Positions 37,932 through 51,364 of a stretch of DNA of 64,000 bases are shown piece after piece. The DNA lies in contig NW_003314310.1 of the NCBI RefSeq assembly GCF_000143415.4, forward strand, positions 223,904 through 287,903, read 5' to 3'. The notes beneath the pieces were generated by a model. That model worked only from the letters and a program-made list of their open reading frames with translations, was not told the DNA's origin and made no database searches. The DNA comes from Selaginella moellendorffii (Eukaryota; Plantae; Lycopodiophyta). Every line of letters starts with the position of its first letter. The first letter of the stretch is position 1. The position numbers were made by a program, and so were the translations under genes.

Positions 37932-39587
37932 AAATCTCATCATAAAATACAAAGATATCCAAACTTACAACTTATCTCAATCTAAAAACGAAACTAAACC
38001 AGGTGATGCTTGTGGTGGCACCTTCTCCTTCTCCTTCTCTTTCAAGAGAACCCAGACATCAGTGCCGTGTTAGATTTCCAAAACTTCAGGAGCAGTGTTG
38101 GCTGGCACAGCCACTTGACAGCCCTACGTCAACTCGAAACACCTGGTTCCTACAAACGGAGTTGATCCCGAGCATGTGCTAAAACAACAATCCCTCACCA
38201 GGCCCAGCAGCAAAGGATTCCTTGAGAGAATCCGGGGATGAAGAGGGAGTGTCCTTGATAATTGCTTTCCTGTAGGCCAAAGCTATAGAGCTCTTGAGGC
38301 AGTGGCAAATAGGGATCAAAGCTTTTCTGAGTTGGAGATGAGCTAATTTGCCTCTCATAGTCCTGAGTTGATCTTGAGAGGAACCTGTATTGTGTGCCCA
38401 ACTACTATTCTACTCACCCCTGTTACCTCCTCTAGGAGCTTATGACGCACAGACTCTCACGGGAATGCCCATCTGAGCAGAGCAGCCATGGAGCCCTAGG
38501 AGTGCATGGCATAACAGCTGTCACCACTCCTGGCCACACATGCATCCCACCCATTGGCTGCCACAACATTGAGCCAATATTCCCGCTAACCATGGGCACT
38601 GGCCCTGGCCCGGGCTTGGGGTGGCCTCCCCTTCCTGAGAACCATGGCTTCCGAGGCTGTCCTGGGCCTGTGATCGGATGGCTGCGGGGTCTGGGTCCTT
38701 TGTTCTTATTATTATAGATAATTATTTGCTGTATAATAGGAATCAAGCTTGAATATTCCTTTATTTAAGCCTAATTAATTAGCTAAGTATGCGTGTTTTA
38801 GATAATATAATCAATAAAAATTAAACTAATTGAGACCTTCAAATGGCCAAAATGGGCTTTTTTGTACACCTGATAAAAACAAAAACTAACATGAAGTGTA
38901 GGAAGAGAAATTTGTGAGCAGTAGCTAAGAATATGGCTTATCCTAAAGTTTTTTCAAATTTTTCCTTGCAGTTGTAATTTATAATAGTCACTAAAGTTTT
39001 TTTTATTGTTTAATAATTATATTTTTGTAGTGTTACGGTTAAAATACAATGTTACATAAGCTAAATCCATAATTTATTACTAATAACAACTCTAATTGGA
39101 CACAATGATAAACTTTGATGATACTTTAGTTGCAACCACATCACCATACATAGCTCACCACTCATTTATATAACAATTATTTGTATTAGTACAAACTTCA
39201 ATACTCTTTCCTTTATAGCTTTCATTACTAGCAATGTCAAAAATTAATTCTTAAACCCAATTTTCTTTAAGACTGTGAGTATGTTACCTATACTATTTTA
39301 CATCTAAGTGTTGGAATGATATTCTACCAAAGCTTTGCCTAAAAATTTTAATGCACATTTTTGAATATAATTAATGTTTTATAAATAAAATTGAAATTTT
39401 TTTAATCAATTATCATTATTTGTTTTACCATTACTATCAGAAACCTGAATATACCATATGCAAAAAAATAGAAAAGGAGCCTTTCAGTTTTGGCACTTGC
39501 TCTTGATTCTAGAATCTAGAAAGTCCTTAAATCTCACCACCTAAGATAATTCCATCTGCAACTCTGCAATGGAGAAAAAATTTCAGA

Positions 39588-42500
39588 TTATTTCTCAAAA
39601 AAACTCTCAGTTTTACTTTTTTTCACACTGAGCTTTGGCTCCAAACACTTGTGCATTGCCGTGTTCTTAACCCATCCGAACATTCTATGTGCATACGTCT
39701 TCTGAACTTGTTCTAGTTTCCTCATGTCTGCAGTAGAATCCAGAGAGATGTCGACCAGGTCTTTCACTTTGTCCTTGGATGAGAATGCATCCAAACCTGG
39801 AGTGCAAAAGATAACATCAAGTGATTGAAAATGAAACAGCACAAACATACCTTCAATGACCACAATGTGTTGGAGACGATCATCTGAAGCAAAATACCGT
39901 TCCCATGACTTGAATACCAGGTGTGATCTATCCCCATCATAGCCTTTTGTCCATCCCTGAGGCCTTCGCATTCTGGATGAAAGTCATGGAGAGCCATTGC
40001 CATGGAATGATTTGCAGGCGTCTTCTTCAGCAATGCTTCAGTGACAAGTTTCCTAGTTCTGTAACGAACACTGCTGGAAGGCACATGGGCCACATTCAAA
40101 ACCAGACTGGCGTATGGCACCTTCAACCCAGTCCAACCTTGAGGCCATGCACTGCTACTGAACATCTGAGAAAACTCTGGAGAGCATTTAGCACATGCTA
40201 AATCAACATCATGTTTCTCTGTGTGTTTCACCTGCACCAAAATGAGTGTCATCGTCTCTAGGCTAAACGTGTCACCAAAGAACCCAACGATGACGATGTC
40301 TATGCCCCATTCATTTTCACAGCAAATGATTCCTACGCCAGCCTTTCCAAATTCAAGCAAATCTTTTGCGGTGAGCTCCTGCAGTCGAAAGTCGGTTTTC
40401 CTGAATAGCAAGCAAAAAAACTTGGCTTCACCCATGTTTCTGTGGATTTCTTCTTTACCACTTCCATCTATAGAGCCACCTGCTTGTTTTGTTTCCCCTT
40501 CACCTTCAGCATTGTGCGTACTTCCACCTGGAACTTTCGAGGCCGTCAGCGTTGGAGATGGCAACTTCACCTCAGGTGGCGGCGTCTTTACTTTGACCTG
40601 CGCTTTTTCTCCTGGAGCTTTGGACAGGGACGCTGAAGCCACCTGCGGCTGACCCGGAATTTTTTTGTTTACTTTAACCCTGCTTCCCCTTGTGCTACGC
40701 TTCAAAGCCGAGGCCAGAAGTGGTGGCATGTTTACTTCGACCTGCGCTTCTCCTCCACCACCTGGAGCTTTGGGGGTTGGAGATGCTGAATTCTGCTCAC
40801 CTTCTCTAATAAGATCGGACAGCGACTTCACACTTAAGCCACGGCAAAGCTCGTCAAAAGTAAAGCACTTCCATGAATCTCTGTCTAGACTGTCCACTGC
40901 AAGAAGTAGCAGCACCTGTGCAACCAACTCGCCCCTGTAACCTCGATCAACCCATCCACGCTTCATCCCAGTTACAAGTGCCTCCAAGCACTCCTTCCAC
41001 CCTGTCCCAACCTTCCCTTGTGCACGCAAAACCCGTGCTGCAGCCGCTGCAACCAGTGGCTCCGTAGCCCAATCCGTCCAAACAAGAGTCCGGTCATCAG
41101 AAATGGACATCACGCTAAGTAGGTGACTTGCAACCATATCAGTGATAATTGTGGCATGCGGATTGATGTCGATGCATACTCTGCAGCCCAGTGTAGCCAG
41201 ACAAGCCTCATGTGATAGACCTCCGCTTTCAAGCATACACTTGTTGAACGAACCAGTGCCACCCAGGAGCTTATCTACAGCCAAAAGCAGCACGTCATCT
41301 GCACTTGCGGAAGCCTTCACCAATGCTTGCCACAGTGGCCGACCATAGCCGCAAAGACGACCCAGATCTTCAACTTGAGCAAGCAGAAGGCCACCTGTTT
41401 GTTCGTCCGATGGCAAGTCTGCCGAGAAAAAGCAGTACGCTGGATGTGCAACTAGCATTCCCGCCGCAGCCACTCGATCGCTACTAAACCCTAAACCGGA
41501 TGCCTTATTGGGCGGCGCAAAATTGTTTAGCCTCCCGTTTGTGTCGGTGAACATCACCGACACACTTCCATTTTCAGGCAACACCCTGGAAGCCCTCCTT
41601 GCAGGAACAAATGCAGCAAGAGTTGTCGGATCAGCATGCAGAGTAAACCATCGGGCTTCGTCCATGACAAACAGGACCTTCAGTTTTCTTTTGGCAGGAG
41701 CTGGAACATTCGACAGTAGACCTTCAAGCGTGTTGTACTTCTTAAACACCTTACTTTCCCAGATGCCCCACATATTGGTTTTCTCGCCAGGCTTCTCTTT
41801 CAGGTCGACGTCAAGGCGATTAGCAAACTCCTCCCGGCCTTTGTTTCCTATCTCCATCTTCGCCTGTACCACGTCCCAAAAGTTCTTCCCAACCATGAGA
41901 TCGTTCAAGAACTTCTTGGCATCCATGGGGTCCTCCCCGAAAGTCAGATGCAGAAGAGCCTCGATGCATGACACAAAGTAGTCAATGCAGAAGAGCATGA
42001 ACCTGCTCTGCGACAAAAGCGTAGAACCCGAGCTGAGCAATTTGACGGCGTTTGTGTAGAAGAAGTCCGCAAAGGCAGACCTTGGAGGGTACGCGGTGCC
42101 AGATGAAGCGAATGAGCAGTAGATGACGAACACACCTAAATTCGCAAGCTCACAGGTAGTCCTCGACTTTCCCCAGCCACTCGACTGAACTAACGTGACA
42201 ACAGGTGCTATCATGGCTTTCTTCATCTTCCACATGTCTCCTGTTTCTTCCAGCTTCTCACGCAACGACTCCACGTTGTCTAATCCCCCAACTCTTTGGT
42301 ACTCCTGCGCAAATGCTGATTCGGCAATACCCTCCACTCTTTTCCAGTACTCAGGTGGCGGCTGGAGGATTTCAGAGAGCTCGCGTTCCAGTTTCGACAT
42401 ATCCTCCTGGAGTTGACTCGCCCGCACTTTCTCTGAGGCTATCTGCTCCTTTAGTTCGGCATCCTCCCCGGCTTCCCACAATTTGCATTCAAGGTCTAAA
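39588..42500 (-). pseudogene. Crinkler-like P-loop NTPase + PD-(D/E)XK nuclease gene, 3' part (interrupted by element B)
   Basis: Walker A VQSSGWGKSR, Walker B FVMDEAR, GRPLW, TEPLVAAAA, GYRGELVAQVLLL, nuclease GIDIVI...ILVQVK. Probable frameshift near 39950 and a 54-bp intron at 39797-39850. Confidence 0.8.
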
Positions 42501-42522
42501 GCTCTATTTCGTTAAAGTGGGA
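42501..42522 (+). repeat. Left TIR of element B
   Basis: GCTCTATTTCGTTAAAGTGGGA is the exact reverse complement of 55602-55623. Confidence 0.93.
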
Positions 42523-42939
42523 ATTGTCATTATCCCACTTGTAAAATAAGGTTTCCAAACCTTTATATAGTATATAAATATAACAAAATTCAACTGCATT
42601 GAGGCACATACCATTTATTTTAAACAAGGAAATGTCTACTCAATCACTTCTCCTCCCCCTGCCACTGCTTCACCTCTCTCTTCTCCTTGTCATCGTCGTC
42701 CAATTTCTTTCCATCCTTTTAATATTGGCTTAGTTGCTCCGAGTCTAGGTGGAGCCCAAGTCCCCATTCAATCTTTACTTTCCCCTTATTAATAAAACAA
42801 CTTCGTAGACTTCCAATAACATGCTGTAACACTTCTAGTATAATGCAAATCCTCTCAAAGAATTGTCTTTTAATATTAATACAATGGCATGGAACCCCAT
42901 GCCATAATAAGTTACATTTTTAAATAAATACATGCCATC

Positions 42940-43802
42940 TCAGACTGTTATTTTTTGCCTCCAACGCCTATACAATAATCTTGGAATTTCATCACTCTCC
43001 ACACTATCAGGATTTAAACCCAATAATAATGCCATCTCTTCTCTAATACGTCCACGCTCATGTTCAGTGGTCGAAGAACCCATCCGGTTGAGCAGATTAT
43101 GGAGATGCGGATAGTGCTTGGCTAGACAATATACATGCCATAAATGATGACTGGTGTCTGTCTGATCAAATGGCTTCTGATATACCGTTCCATCTGCCAT
43201 TTGGTTGATTTCTGCAGCCACCTCCTGGACTGGCCGGTTCTCTATCACCATCGCTTCAAGCCGTTTTGCAAGGTCCCCCAGAACATACGGTTTCTTCTCC
43301 CTAGTTTCCATACTGCAAGAGATGGGGTGCACTGCATATGTGTGCGTGTTCGCTGCAGTTTTAATCGGCGAGTCATCGATGATGAGGATTTCACTTGACC
43401 TAGCAGTTCGGTTCATCACTACAGCCTCTGGCTTGACGAAGATGGGCTTGCTACCCCTCACATGGACCATAGTCAAGCAATCCTCCTGCGTTAGGAGAAA
43501 GTCAAATGGTAATATTACTCGCGTCTGATCGTGCATCATCTGTAGCAACGTTAATGCATTGTGGCGCATCATGGATGTCCAAACTCCCAATTGCAAATTG
43601 AACCCGGCCCTCTGTTTTAAGTGTCGCATGGTCATTATTAGATCCCGCAGTTTCTCCCGTGTGATTAATGTGAATCTGTCTCTTTTGACCAACTTGCGAC
43701 CGCAGGCTTTGGAGGGTGCAGTGACATTCGAGGACGAGCCACGCTCATGGGAGAAAAGGACACCGTTTAGATCAAAAACGATACAGTACTTTTGCCGTGA
43801 CT
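42940..43802 (-). CDS. FCP1/SCP (NIF) HAD phosphatase-like domain exon
   Basis: IVFDLNGVL (motif I, DxN variant), GVWTSMM, IFVKP, ILIIDDSPIK. Confidence 0.85.
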
Positions 43803-46800
43803 CTGAAATGAAATGCGTCAACATAAAAAATGGTACAAGTCAATTTTACCATCTACAATATTAGCGAATGGTGCTCCCGATGGTCGTTCAGAGGGTTTTG
43901 GTCGAGGAAACGTGAAGGGCGGAAATACTCTCCTCTGCAATGTGGGGTCAATCGCATCCGATGGCGTGTGGGCACATGCCATTTCAGCTGTAGACTCTGG
44001 TACAACTGGCTCAATAGTGGTATGGGGTGGTTCCGATGGCGTGTGATCACACGCCATTTCAGCTGGTGCCTCCGTTGGCAAAGTGGACATGACCGAACAG
44101 GCAGCAGGGGCGGTGTAGGGAGGTTCCAACGGCGCGTAGTCAGACGATTGGGCACACGTTGAGTCCGTTGGAAATGAGGATACGACCGGCTTGGCGGTTG
44201 GGGCGGCCTCATGCGGGTCCAATGGCGCCTGGTCACCGTCAGTTGGATACGTGGACAAGATTGACTCAGTGGTATGGGCAGCATCAAGTGGAGCGTGGTC
44301 AGCTTGCTTAGCATTGATATGGATAGTAGCCTCCACCAGCTCTAATGACTCTTGCAAGCAAGTAGAGTCCACTGGCGGATCCATATGCATGTCCAAATAT
44401 CTCCCTTCGATTGAGATGGTATCCTCCCTACTGGCTACTAAAAACAAACTCATTAGCACATTGAATCGACTATACTGTATTTACCATCAACTGCTATTGG
44501 GCGCACTGCTGATTCTGAAGGATTGGACATACGTTTCAACCCTTGCTTGGCACTATCCTTCCTCGACACTAAAGGCTAGAGTTTGTATCTTAATTCAACT
44601 GAATAATCTCTACTTACCATTTCTTCTGCGACCTACATGGACAATGTTAGAAATGGTAAAAGGTTAGGAATGGATGTACTATTATTTACCTGATGGTTTG
44701 TCTTGTATGACCTTCCTCCGCTGCTCTTTGGCCACCTCAGGCTGGCCATCGTTGTCATCATCGTCATCGTCGTTATTGTGATCGTCACCATTGTGAGGAC
44801 CATCCAAGTCCTCTTCGTCCTCCTCTTCTTCGTCTCCTCTTCTTTGTCCTCCTCTTCATCCTTCTGCTCTTCCTGCTCATTATCTTTCTCTGGCTCCTCA
44901 TCCCCCTCCTGCATTTCTTCCATAGGCTGCTCAGGCTGGATGGCTTGTTTTTCCAGGACCATCTTGGGAAAATCATCTGGCCGAGTCTCCATCTCAAAAT
45001 ACAAGACATCCATAGCCTGTTTCAGTGCTTGACCTAGGACCGTATCCTCACCCGACTGTCTTAACATGGTTTCTGCACTTTCTTGCACCCTTCGAAGACG
45101 ACGAGATGAGAAAAACGTGGCCCTGACTTGAAAAGCATCCCTCATCCATTGTACCTCTCCATTGAGATTGGGGAAGGGGAGTCTGCCATAGGAATCTGAG
45201 TCAGGAGGTGGTGACTGGCTCCTTTCACTCAGCCCTTGATCTGCAATGAATGGCATGAGCACACACGCCATAACCGCGAGGCATTACCTATCATCTTTTC
45301 GTTGCCCTTCTTCCTTTTCGAATCAAACGCCTCTGATCCCGACGACTGTCCAACGTGCTTTCGCTTTTTATGACCACTGTTAGTTTGAGCTTGACTAGTG
45401 CTTGCCTGTTTTGCCTTTGAAGAAGTGTCTCTTGCAAGGAATGGCATAAGACCACATGCCATTGCAAATATAATTTGTACCTCCTTTTTTCCTATTGCTT
45501 GTCTGTTTGTCGTTCTTCGACGCGCCACCAGTGCGCTTTTCAGTCCTCGTGTCTGAATATTCACAACGATCTATAATCAAAATGGCGTGAGGCCTCACGT
45601 GACCTTACCTTGTGTAGGTTGTGAGCTCGGCCTAACATCAGTAGCTGTTAACGCCGTTTCAGCATCTGGGGGTGGCCACGCTCCTGCATACAGAGCTTGT
45701 GAGATAACATTTAAACTTAAAGTGCGTACTCACCAGGTTCGCAGAGAAGATACTGTTTTTCTTTGGCAACTGTAATTATATGCTCCATTGAAGTCACCTC
45801 TTCAATGGAGTTTGTCACCGCAACACACGGGACACCCTTGAGTAGTGCAGCTCGAAAGAATAGTCCGCCGCAGTTGTACTCGACAATGCATTTGCCCTTG
45901 GTGTCACCCGCTATTGCGTTGAAGACCCAGCTGAGCATTTCCCATGCTGCACCTGGAGCTTTCTTTGGATTCGAAAGCTCCATAGCCGTCTTCAGTTCCT
46001 CAGGCACGGGTAAATTGACCTCCCTCAGATCAATTCGATCGGCCTTGTCGAACGAAGCTGGGAAGTCACTCCAGTCCCACTCTGCTGCAGGACCAATAAC
46101 AAGGGCGAGTGTGAAGATGCGGACATTCGTCGGTATCTTCTTCTTAGCCATTATCCCATGGATCTCCCGCATCTCCTTGCCTTTCAACCGAGCCTTCACC
46201 TCGTTCAAGGCCTTCCAGAACTTGTGATAGGATTCGGAGTCGTAGATCATATAGTGGACTGAAGATTTCACCTCCGCAAGTCCCACCATTAAGTCAATGA
46301 TGGAGCTGACTTCGTCTGCATGAGTGATCTCTTCGTTTGTGAAGTCCATCACACAAAAGATGTTCTTGACCTGCTCATCTCCGCGGGAAACGATGCTCCT
46401 CCACCTTTGATCCTCATCCGAATTCACGTATACCCGGTAAGGTTCTCGATAGGCCTCTACTGCAGGGTCGAGCTGTTTCTGAAGCCGGCGGTCGACATCC
46501 CTCTTAATGAAATTTGGATACTGATCCAACTTCTCAGCTTTACTTTTCGTGGCATCCCGCAGCAGATCGATGAACTTGGGGGCCCCCTTCACATACTCGT
46601 CGATGTCTTCATTTGACAAGTTCAGCTCTTCCATCATCTCTTGCGTGGTGTCGATGCTCACCCTCTCCACGGCCACTTGCTCGAAGCTCCAATCCTTCAA
46701 TAGCGCACGAGCTCTCAGAGTCGTGCACAAGTCCTCGTATGTCACAATATGGCCGGGAGTCATTTTGGTCTTGTTGAAGACTACCTCACCACGTAGAAGA

Positions 46801-48517
46801 GCATTAGCCACTGTCAGAAGGTCGTCGTTGTCTAGAGACCGCGAGAAACGCAAGGCGTTGAGCTTCAAATCATTGGGCTTCCGGCCGTCCTCCACACCCA
46901 TTGAGTTTAGCAACTCCCCGTCATGGTACCTCCTCAGCACATCTACCCATTTGTCAAAAACAACTTTTGTTGCGAGTAGAATGTTATGGATGCTGAGTGT
47001 GTCATTGACCCCCAGTGTTTTCGAGAGAAGACTCGAGAATTCCTGCAATGGAAATGGCATGAGGCCACATGCTATGCCACATGCAACGAGGCTTACCTGC
47101 CAGGCGCTAGTTGCTAGTGCACGTCCTTGTCCTGGTTTTTGTGGCTTCTTCAGTTGAACCCAGAGCTTTCGTGTTCGTGCCAATGTCTTGTGCAGACCCG
47201 ATTTGTAGCACGTTTCTTGCTTGACATTCTGCGCGTGGGAGATGGATATGATAGATCGGAGGGGCGAGTTGCCTTTTATCATGCGGACAACTCTTGTCTT
47301 GAAGACTTTCTTCACCTCCTCGCCCACCATAATATCCAGAACTATCTCTTGCATCGCCAAGCTAGAATGCTGCCTGGAGACGGCATAGAACCGGATGTTC
47401 TAATCGTCCAACACCTTCCTATTGATCAAGTTTGGAAACCTCGTCTCGCCCTTCATTGTTTGGTAGTAGGGGATCACGTCTGCGATGTCGGGTGTTACTG
47501 GACTTGCCAGCATCTTCTGCTTCAGTTTCTCCACCCACTCATCAGATACTAGCCTGTGGTTGTATTTGCTTTGGATGTCGATACGGCTCACGTCGATTGT
47601 ATATACTTTGTTGGAATAGTAACAAGTACTATTATCTGCGACGATTTTTGCTGCCTCTTCTTGCTCTTTCTGCTCTTTGCGGCTCTTCTTTTTGGTGGGT
47701 GTAGTGTTCGAACCCGAGGCAATGGCATCACCGAGTAGCTTCTTTTTTGGAGCAGCAGAGTCGGACGTCGGCTTGAGCTTGACCACCCTTTTCTGCTTCG
47801 GGGTAGTTTCCAGATCGACCCCCTTCCCCTTCGCTTCGCGAACTGGAGGCACTCTCAACGGCTCAATGTTGGAATATAGTTTTTGAACATTGCCGTAGGT
47901 GAGGTCCGTGGATTCCATGTGATCTTCATAGACCCGCAGCGTCTTTGAAATTGTGGGCCTCCTGGACAACCTCTCCCTAGCTCCCTCTAGGAATTCCTCA
48001 TAGCCGCTGCCCCCCTCCGGGAAGCCGCTAGGATGTGCAAAGTGGATCTTGAAGGCGGATGCTGTCTCTACCACAAGTGCCAGTCCATATTCTTGCATGG
48101 AACTGCATGGAGTGTCTGTCACTTGGATGAGGATCCCCATGCATTCTTTTCTCCCACCATCTGTGTTGTACAGCATCAGATCCTCGCCTTCCATCCCGAA
48201 AGTCCAACTGGTGAGCTCCTCCCCCTTCTCTGCATCCACATTGACAGTGGCTGGAAGAAGAACGCAATTCCTCGCCTGTTCAGAAATGCACAACAATTAG
48301 AGCTGACAGATGAAAAGCTAGCAGCTGGAAATAACGTGAGGCCACACGCCATTCACCACTGCATCAGATGTCTTGAGGCTGCATCCTAAGATGGCGTGAG
48401 GCTACACGCCATCTGTAACCGGACTGCACTCGAGAGCCCAATCGGTGCATGCCAATGTTGCTACTGAATGGCATGTGGCCTCATGCCATTTTCTACTTGG
48501 CCTAAAAGACTTACCAT
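42940..48517 (-). pseudogene. Predicted 11-exon gene: ParB/Srx-like, MTase-like, acidic linker, P/T/A-rich repeats, FCP1/SCP-like HAD phosphatase
   Basis: Exons 48517-48515, 48275-47097, 47042-45734, 45683-45609, 45552-45481, 45428-45288, 45240-44690, 44632-44618, 44568-44533, 44434-43850, 43802-42940 join with compatible phases. Two lesions: a TAG at 47400-47402 and a 1-bp frameshift near 44830. Confidence 0.7.
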
Positions 48518-50064
48518 TTGAAGCCGAATGGAGGCCGTGACAATCGAGGCCGAACTCGCTGGCGAATGTGCACTGTGTGTGCAGCAGATCGTAGCAGCAA
48601 GGCTACTCTGCCACTTACAGTTGGAGAGTGGCACTGAAATCTCCCGGGACGCCAAGTGGGCTGCGTGTGGGTGGCGGAGTGGGCGGCGGAGTTGGCGGCG
48701 AAGTTACAAACTGGGTGTGTCTTGAAGTGGACGCCGATGCACACGAGCGCGATGCGAGCGCGAGTGTGATGCAAGCACGAGTGGACGCCAATGCACACGA
48801 GAAACCTGTAGAGAAGTGAGCGTGATCGCGAGTGGGAGCGCGATGCGAGCGGGAGCGCGAGTGTGATGCGAGCGCGAGCGTGAGTATGAAGCAAAATGCA
48901 AAACCTAACCTCACACGCGCGAAATGTCACAACGGTTGGTAATCCCGCCACGTCATCATTCCTCGGACTTGGGCGCCACCATTAATTTCTGGATTTCCGC
49001 GCGCATGCAAGCACGCAAAATCCAAAAGAAATCCGCAACGTCATCATTCCTCGGACTGCATGCACGCGAAATCCAAAAGAAAGATCATGATTGGGATATC
49101 ATTTAATACCCTCGCTATATTTATACCATGCATGATTGGATATTCCAAAGCATCTTGTATTTCCAAAAATGGCAGATGTTCAGCTAAATAAAGAAATTCT
49201 ATCTATTTCTATTTTTCTCTCAAATCAATATTATAGCGTGTGGGCTCATGCAATTTTGAACCAAAGAAACCCAAAAAACCCTAAACATTTTAAACCCAAA
49301 AATCCAGGCGTTCTGTGGCGTTATTCCTTAAATGGTGTGTGGGCGCATGCCATTTTCAGGGCCAAATGCTGAATGGAGAAAAATTCCCTTTCAGTACAAA
49401 TGCTACAAGAGGCAGATGCCGAGCACAAAGGACTGTAACTACCTCACATGACACAGATAAACTTTTCTCTATTTGGCAAAGATAAACTTTATAGCGTGTG
49501 GGCTCATGCAATTTTGAACCCAAAAAATGCACCAAAAAATTCTCGGCGTCATCTGGCGTTATCTCTTGAATGGCGTGGGGCCGCATGCCATTTTCAGGGG
49601 CACATAGGAGTATATTCCTAGGATATTCTGACACGCGCGAGATTGTTTTGAGTTTTCTGGAGATCCAACCGTTAGATGGCAACTAGATTTTACAGAATGG
49701 TATACAATGTCTTTCTTGATGACCTTGCAAAGAAGCATCTCGATCGGACACCACATGAGACCACACGAGCCTTACAATGTTTCAGGGGCATTTGCCATAG
49801 ATCCGACCGTTATTTTGCTCCAAGATTTTACAGTTTGGTGTGCATTGACCTTTCCATCGACACTGCAAAGGGACATCACAATCAGATGTGGGATCATAAG
49901 AAACTAACTTCACTAACTCTGGTTTCACCAAGATCTACGTAAGGAGTTATGAAATGAAAGGACCCTCTCTATTGAAATGTGTTTATGGTCCTAGGGGCAT
50001 TGTGACATATTAAAGGATTTTGCATCAAGTTCTGTATTTACATGTTTATCAAGCTACTAAATTG

Positions 50065-50091
50065 CTAAACCCTAAACCCTAAACCCTAAAC
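50065..50091. repeat. Plant telomeric/telo-box repeat (AAACCCT)3
   Basis: CTAAACCCTAAACCCTAAACCCTAAAC. Confidence 0.85.
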
Positions 50092-50929
50092 ATGTGGCAA
50101 ATGCTGCGTGAAGAAAGATGCCCTTTCTAGGCAAATGCTGTAAGAGGCAGATGCCGAGTAGATGTATCTCAGGCTAGCGAAGGGGACAAACGAAAGCTAG
50201 CTATAAACATGACGGGATGCAAATAGATTTAAAAAACCATAATTGAAAACATTGAAAATGCAAAAAGAAAGGTTTATAATATTTTTGAATTTTAAGCAAC
50301 CAAAGGAATGTAAGTAGGGCATGTGTTTGTAAGTTTAAAAATGCCTCAACCACTTAAATTCCCAAGTAAATAAAGCTGTTTCTATTTTTGGTACAGGTAA
50401 ACTTTATAGCGTGTGGGCTCATGCAATTTTGAACCCAAAAATGCACCAAAAAATGCTCGACTAGCATTATTCTTTGAATGGTGTGTGGCCTTATATTGCC
50501 ATAAATGGATGTACACACAGAGCATAATTATTCCTTTACACGGCGAATAATCTTGGCGCGGATCGCTGACATGGCATGGCAAAGTTCGAATCACTGACAT
50601 GGCACAGCTAGATCGAGGCAAGGACATGATGTGACAAAGTTCAACCTCCGACAACAAAGTCTAGAAGCTACTTAGTTTGAAATTTGTCAGAGGAGTCATA
50701 AGATCTGGTTTGTCAGAGGATTTGATGTGACATTCAAGCGTGTGTTATTTTTGAATTCTCGAACTCATTCCTAGGTCTATCATTTTTGTGCGCCGTGTTC
50801 TTGGTTCCGCTGAGCGCAGTGAGCGCTGCTTGTGTAAGCGGCGTTGTGGGCTGTGGTTTATGTGTCTACGAGCGGTTGCGGCATTGCGAGCGCCATTGCG
50901 GGCGGCAGTTTATGCGAGTGGCAGTTTGT

Positions 50930-51000
50930 GCGAGCGGCGCTACGAGCAGTTGCGGTGTTGCGAGCGGCGCTACGAGTAGTTGCGGTGTTGCGAGCGGCAC
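50930..51000 (+). repeat. 30-bp tandem repeat (2.3 copies)
   Basis: GCGAGCGGCGCTACGAGYAGTTGCGGTGTT twice plus a partial copy. Confidence 0.9.
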
Positions 51001-51364
51001 TGTCTTTGGTGTGGCTACCGCTTCCTCTTGATATTCGGCACTTGTGCTTCCTGGTATGTTCACCATGGAATGGCTTAGGACCACATTTAGAAATGGCATG
51101 AGGCCACATGCTATCTTGGGCCCTTGCAATTTCATGGCTAGCGTATTGTCATGTATGTTTTTACTTGCCTGCAGCTGTGTGTATATCAAGATGGCATGAG
51201 GCCTCATGCCAATTTTGTGAATGCAAAATTTCACGTGGGTGTCAATAGCATGTTTGAATAATGGCATGTGGCCTCATGCTATTGAGGTTGTTTGGTATGT
51301 TATGATTTAGGCCATTCTCCAATCATTTTTTGTATGGTCTTAACTTCTTTTCTGCACTTTCAGA

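Larger units (their letters stand above)
48900..51363. promoter_or_regulatory. Central divergent control region and 5' intron of element B
   Basis: Non-coding stretch between divergent genes with a triplicated ~100-bp palindrome-bearing unit (~49230, ~49490, ~50400), CG-rich leaders, and intron 51054-51363 just upstream of the transposase ATG. Confidence 0.6.

Noticed and set aside
37350-38073. ORFs spanning N runs (also 56091-56579, 59519-60400, 61538-61783)
   Set aside because: Artefacts of assembly gaps.
38000-38746. GC-richer exon-like segments
   Set aside because: Possible gene fragments, but no recognisable motif or consistent frame.
39588-42500. NTPase-REase gene as cargo of element B
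   Set aside because: It lies outside the TIR, lacks the palindrome, and its 5' end is on the other side of the element, so it is the insertion target.
47400-47402. Programmed readthrough or RNA editing of the in-frame TAGs (also 51671-51673)
   Set aside because: C-to-T decay is simpler, as similar stops are common in neighbouring repeats.
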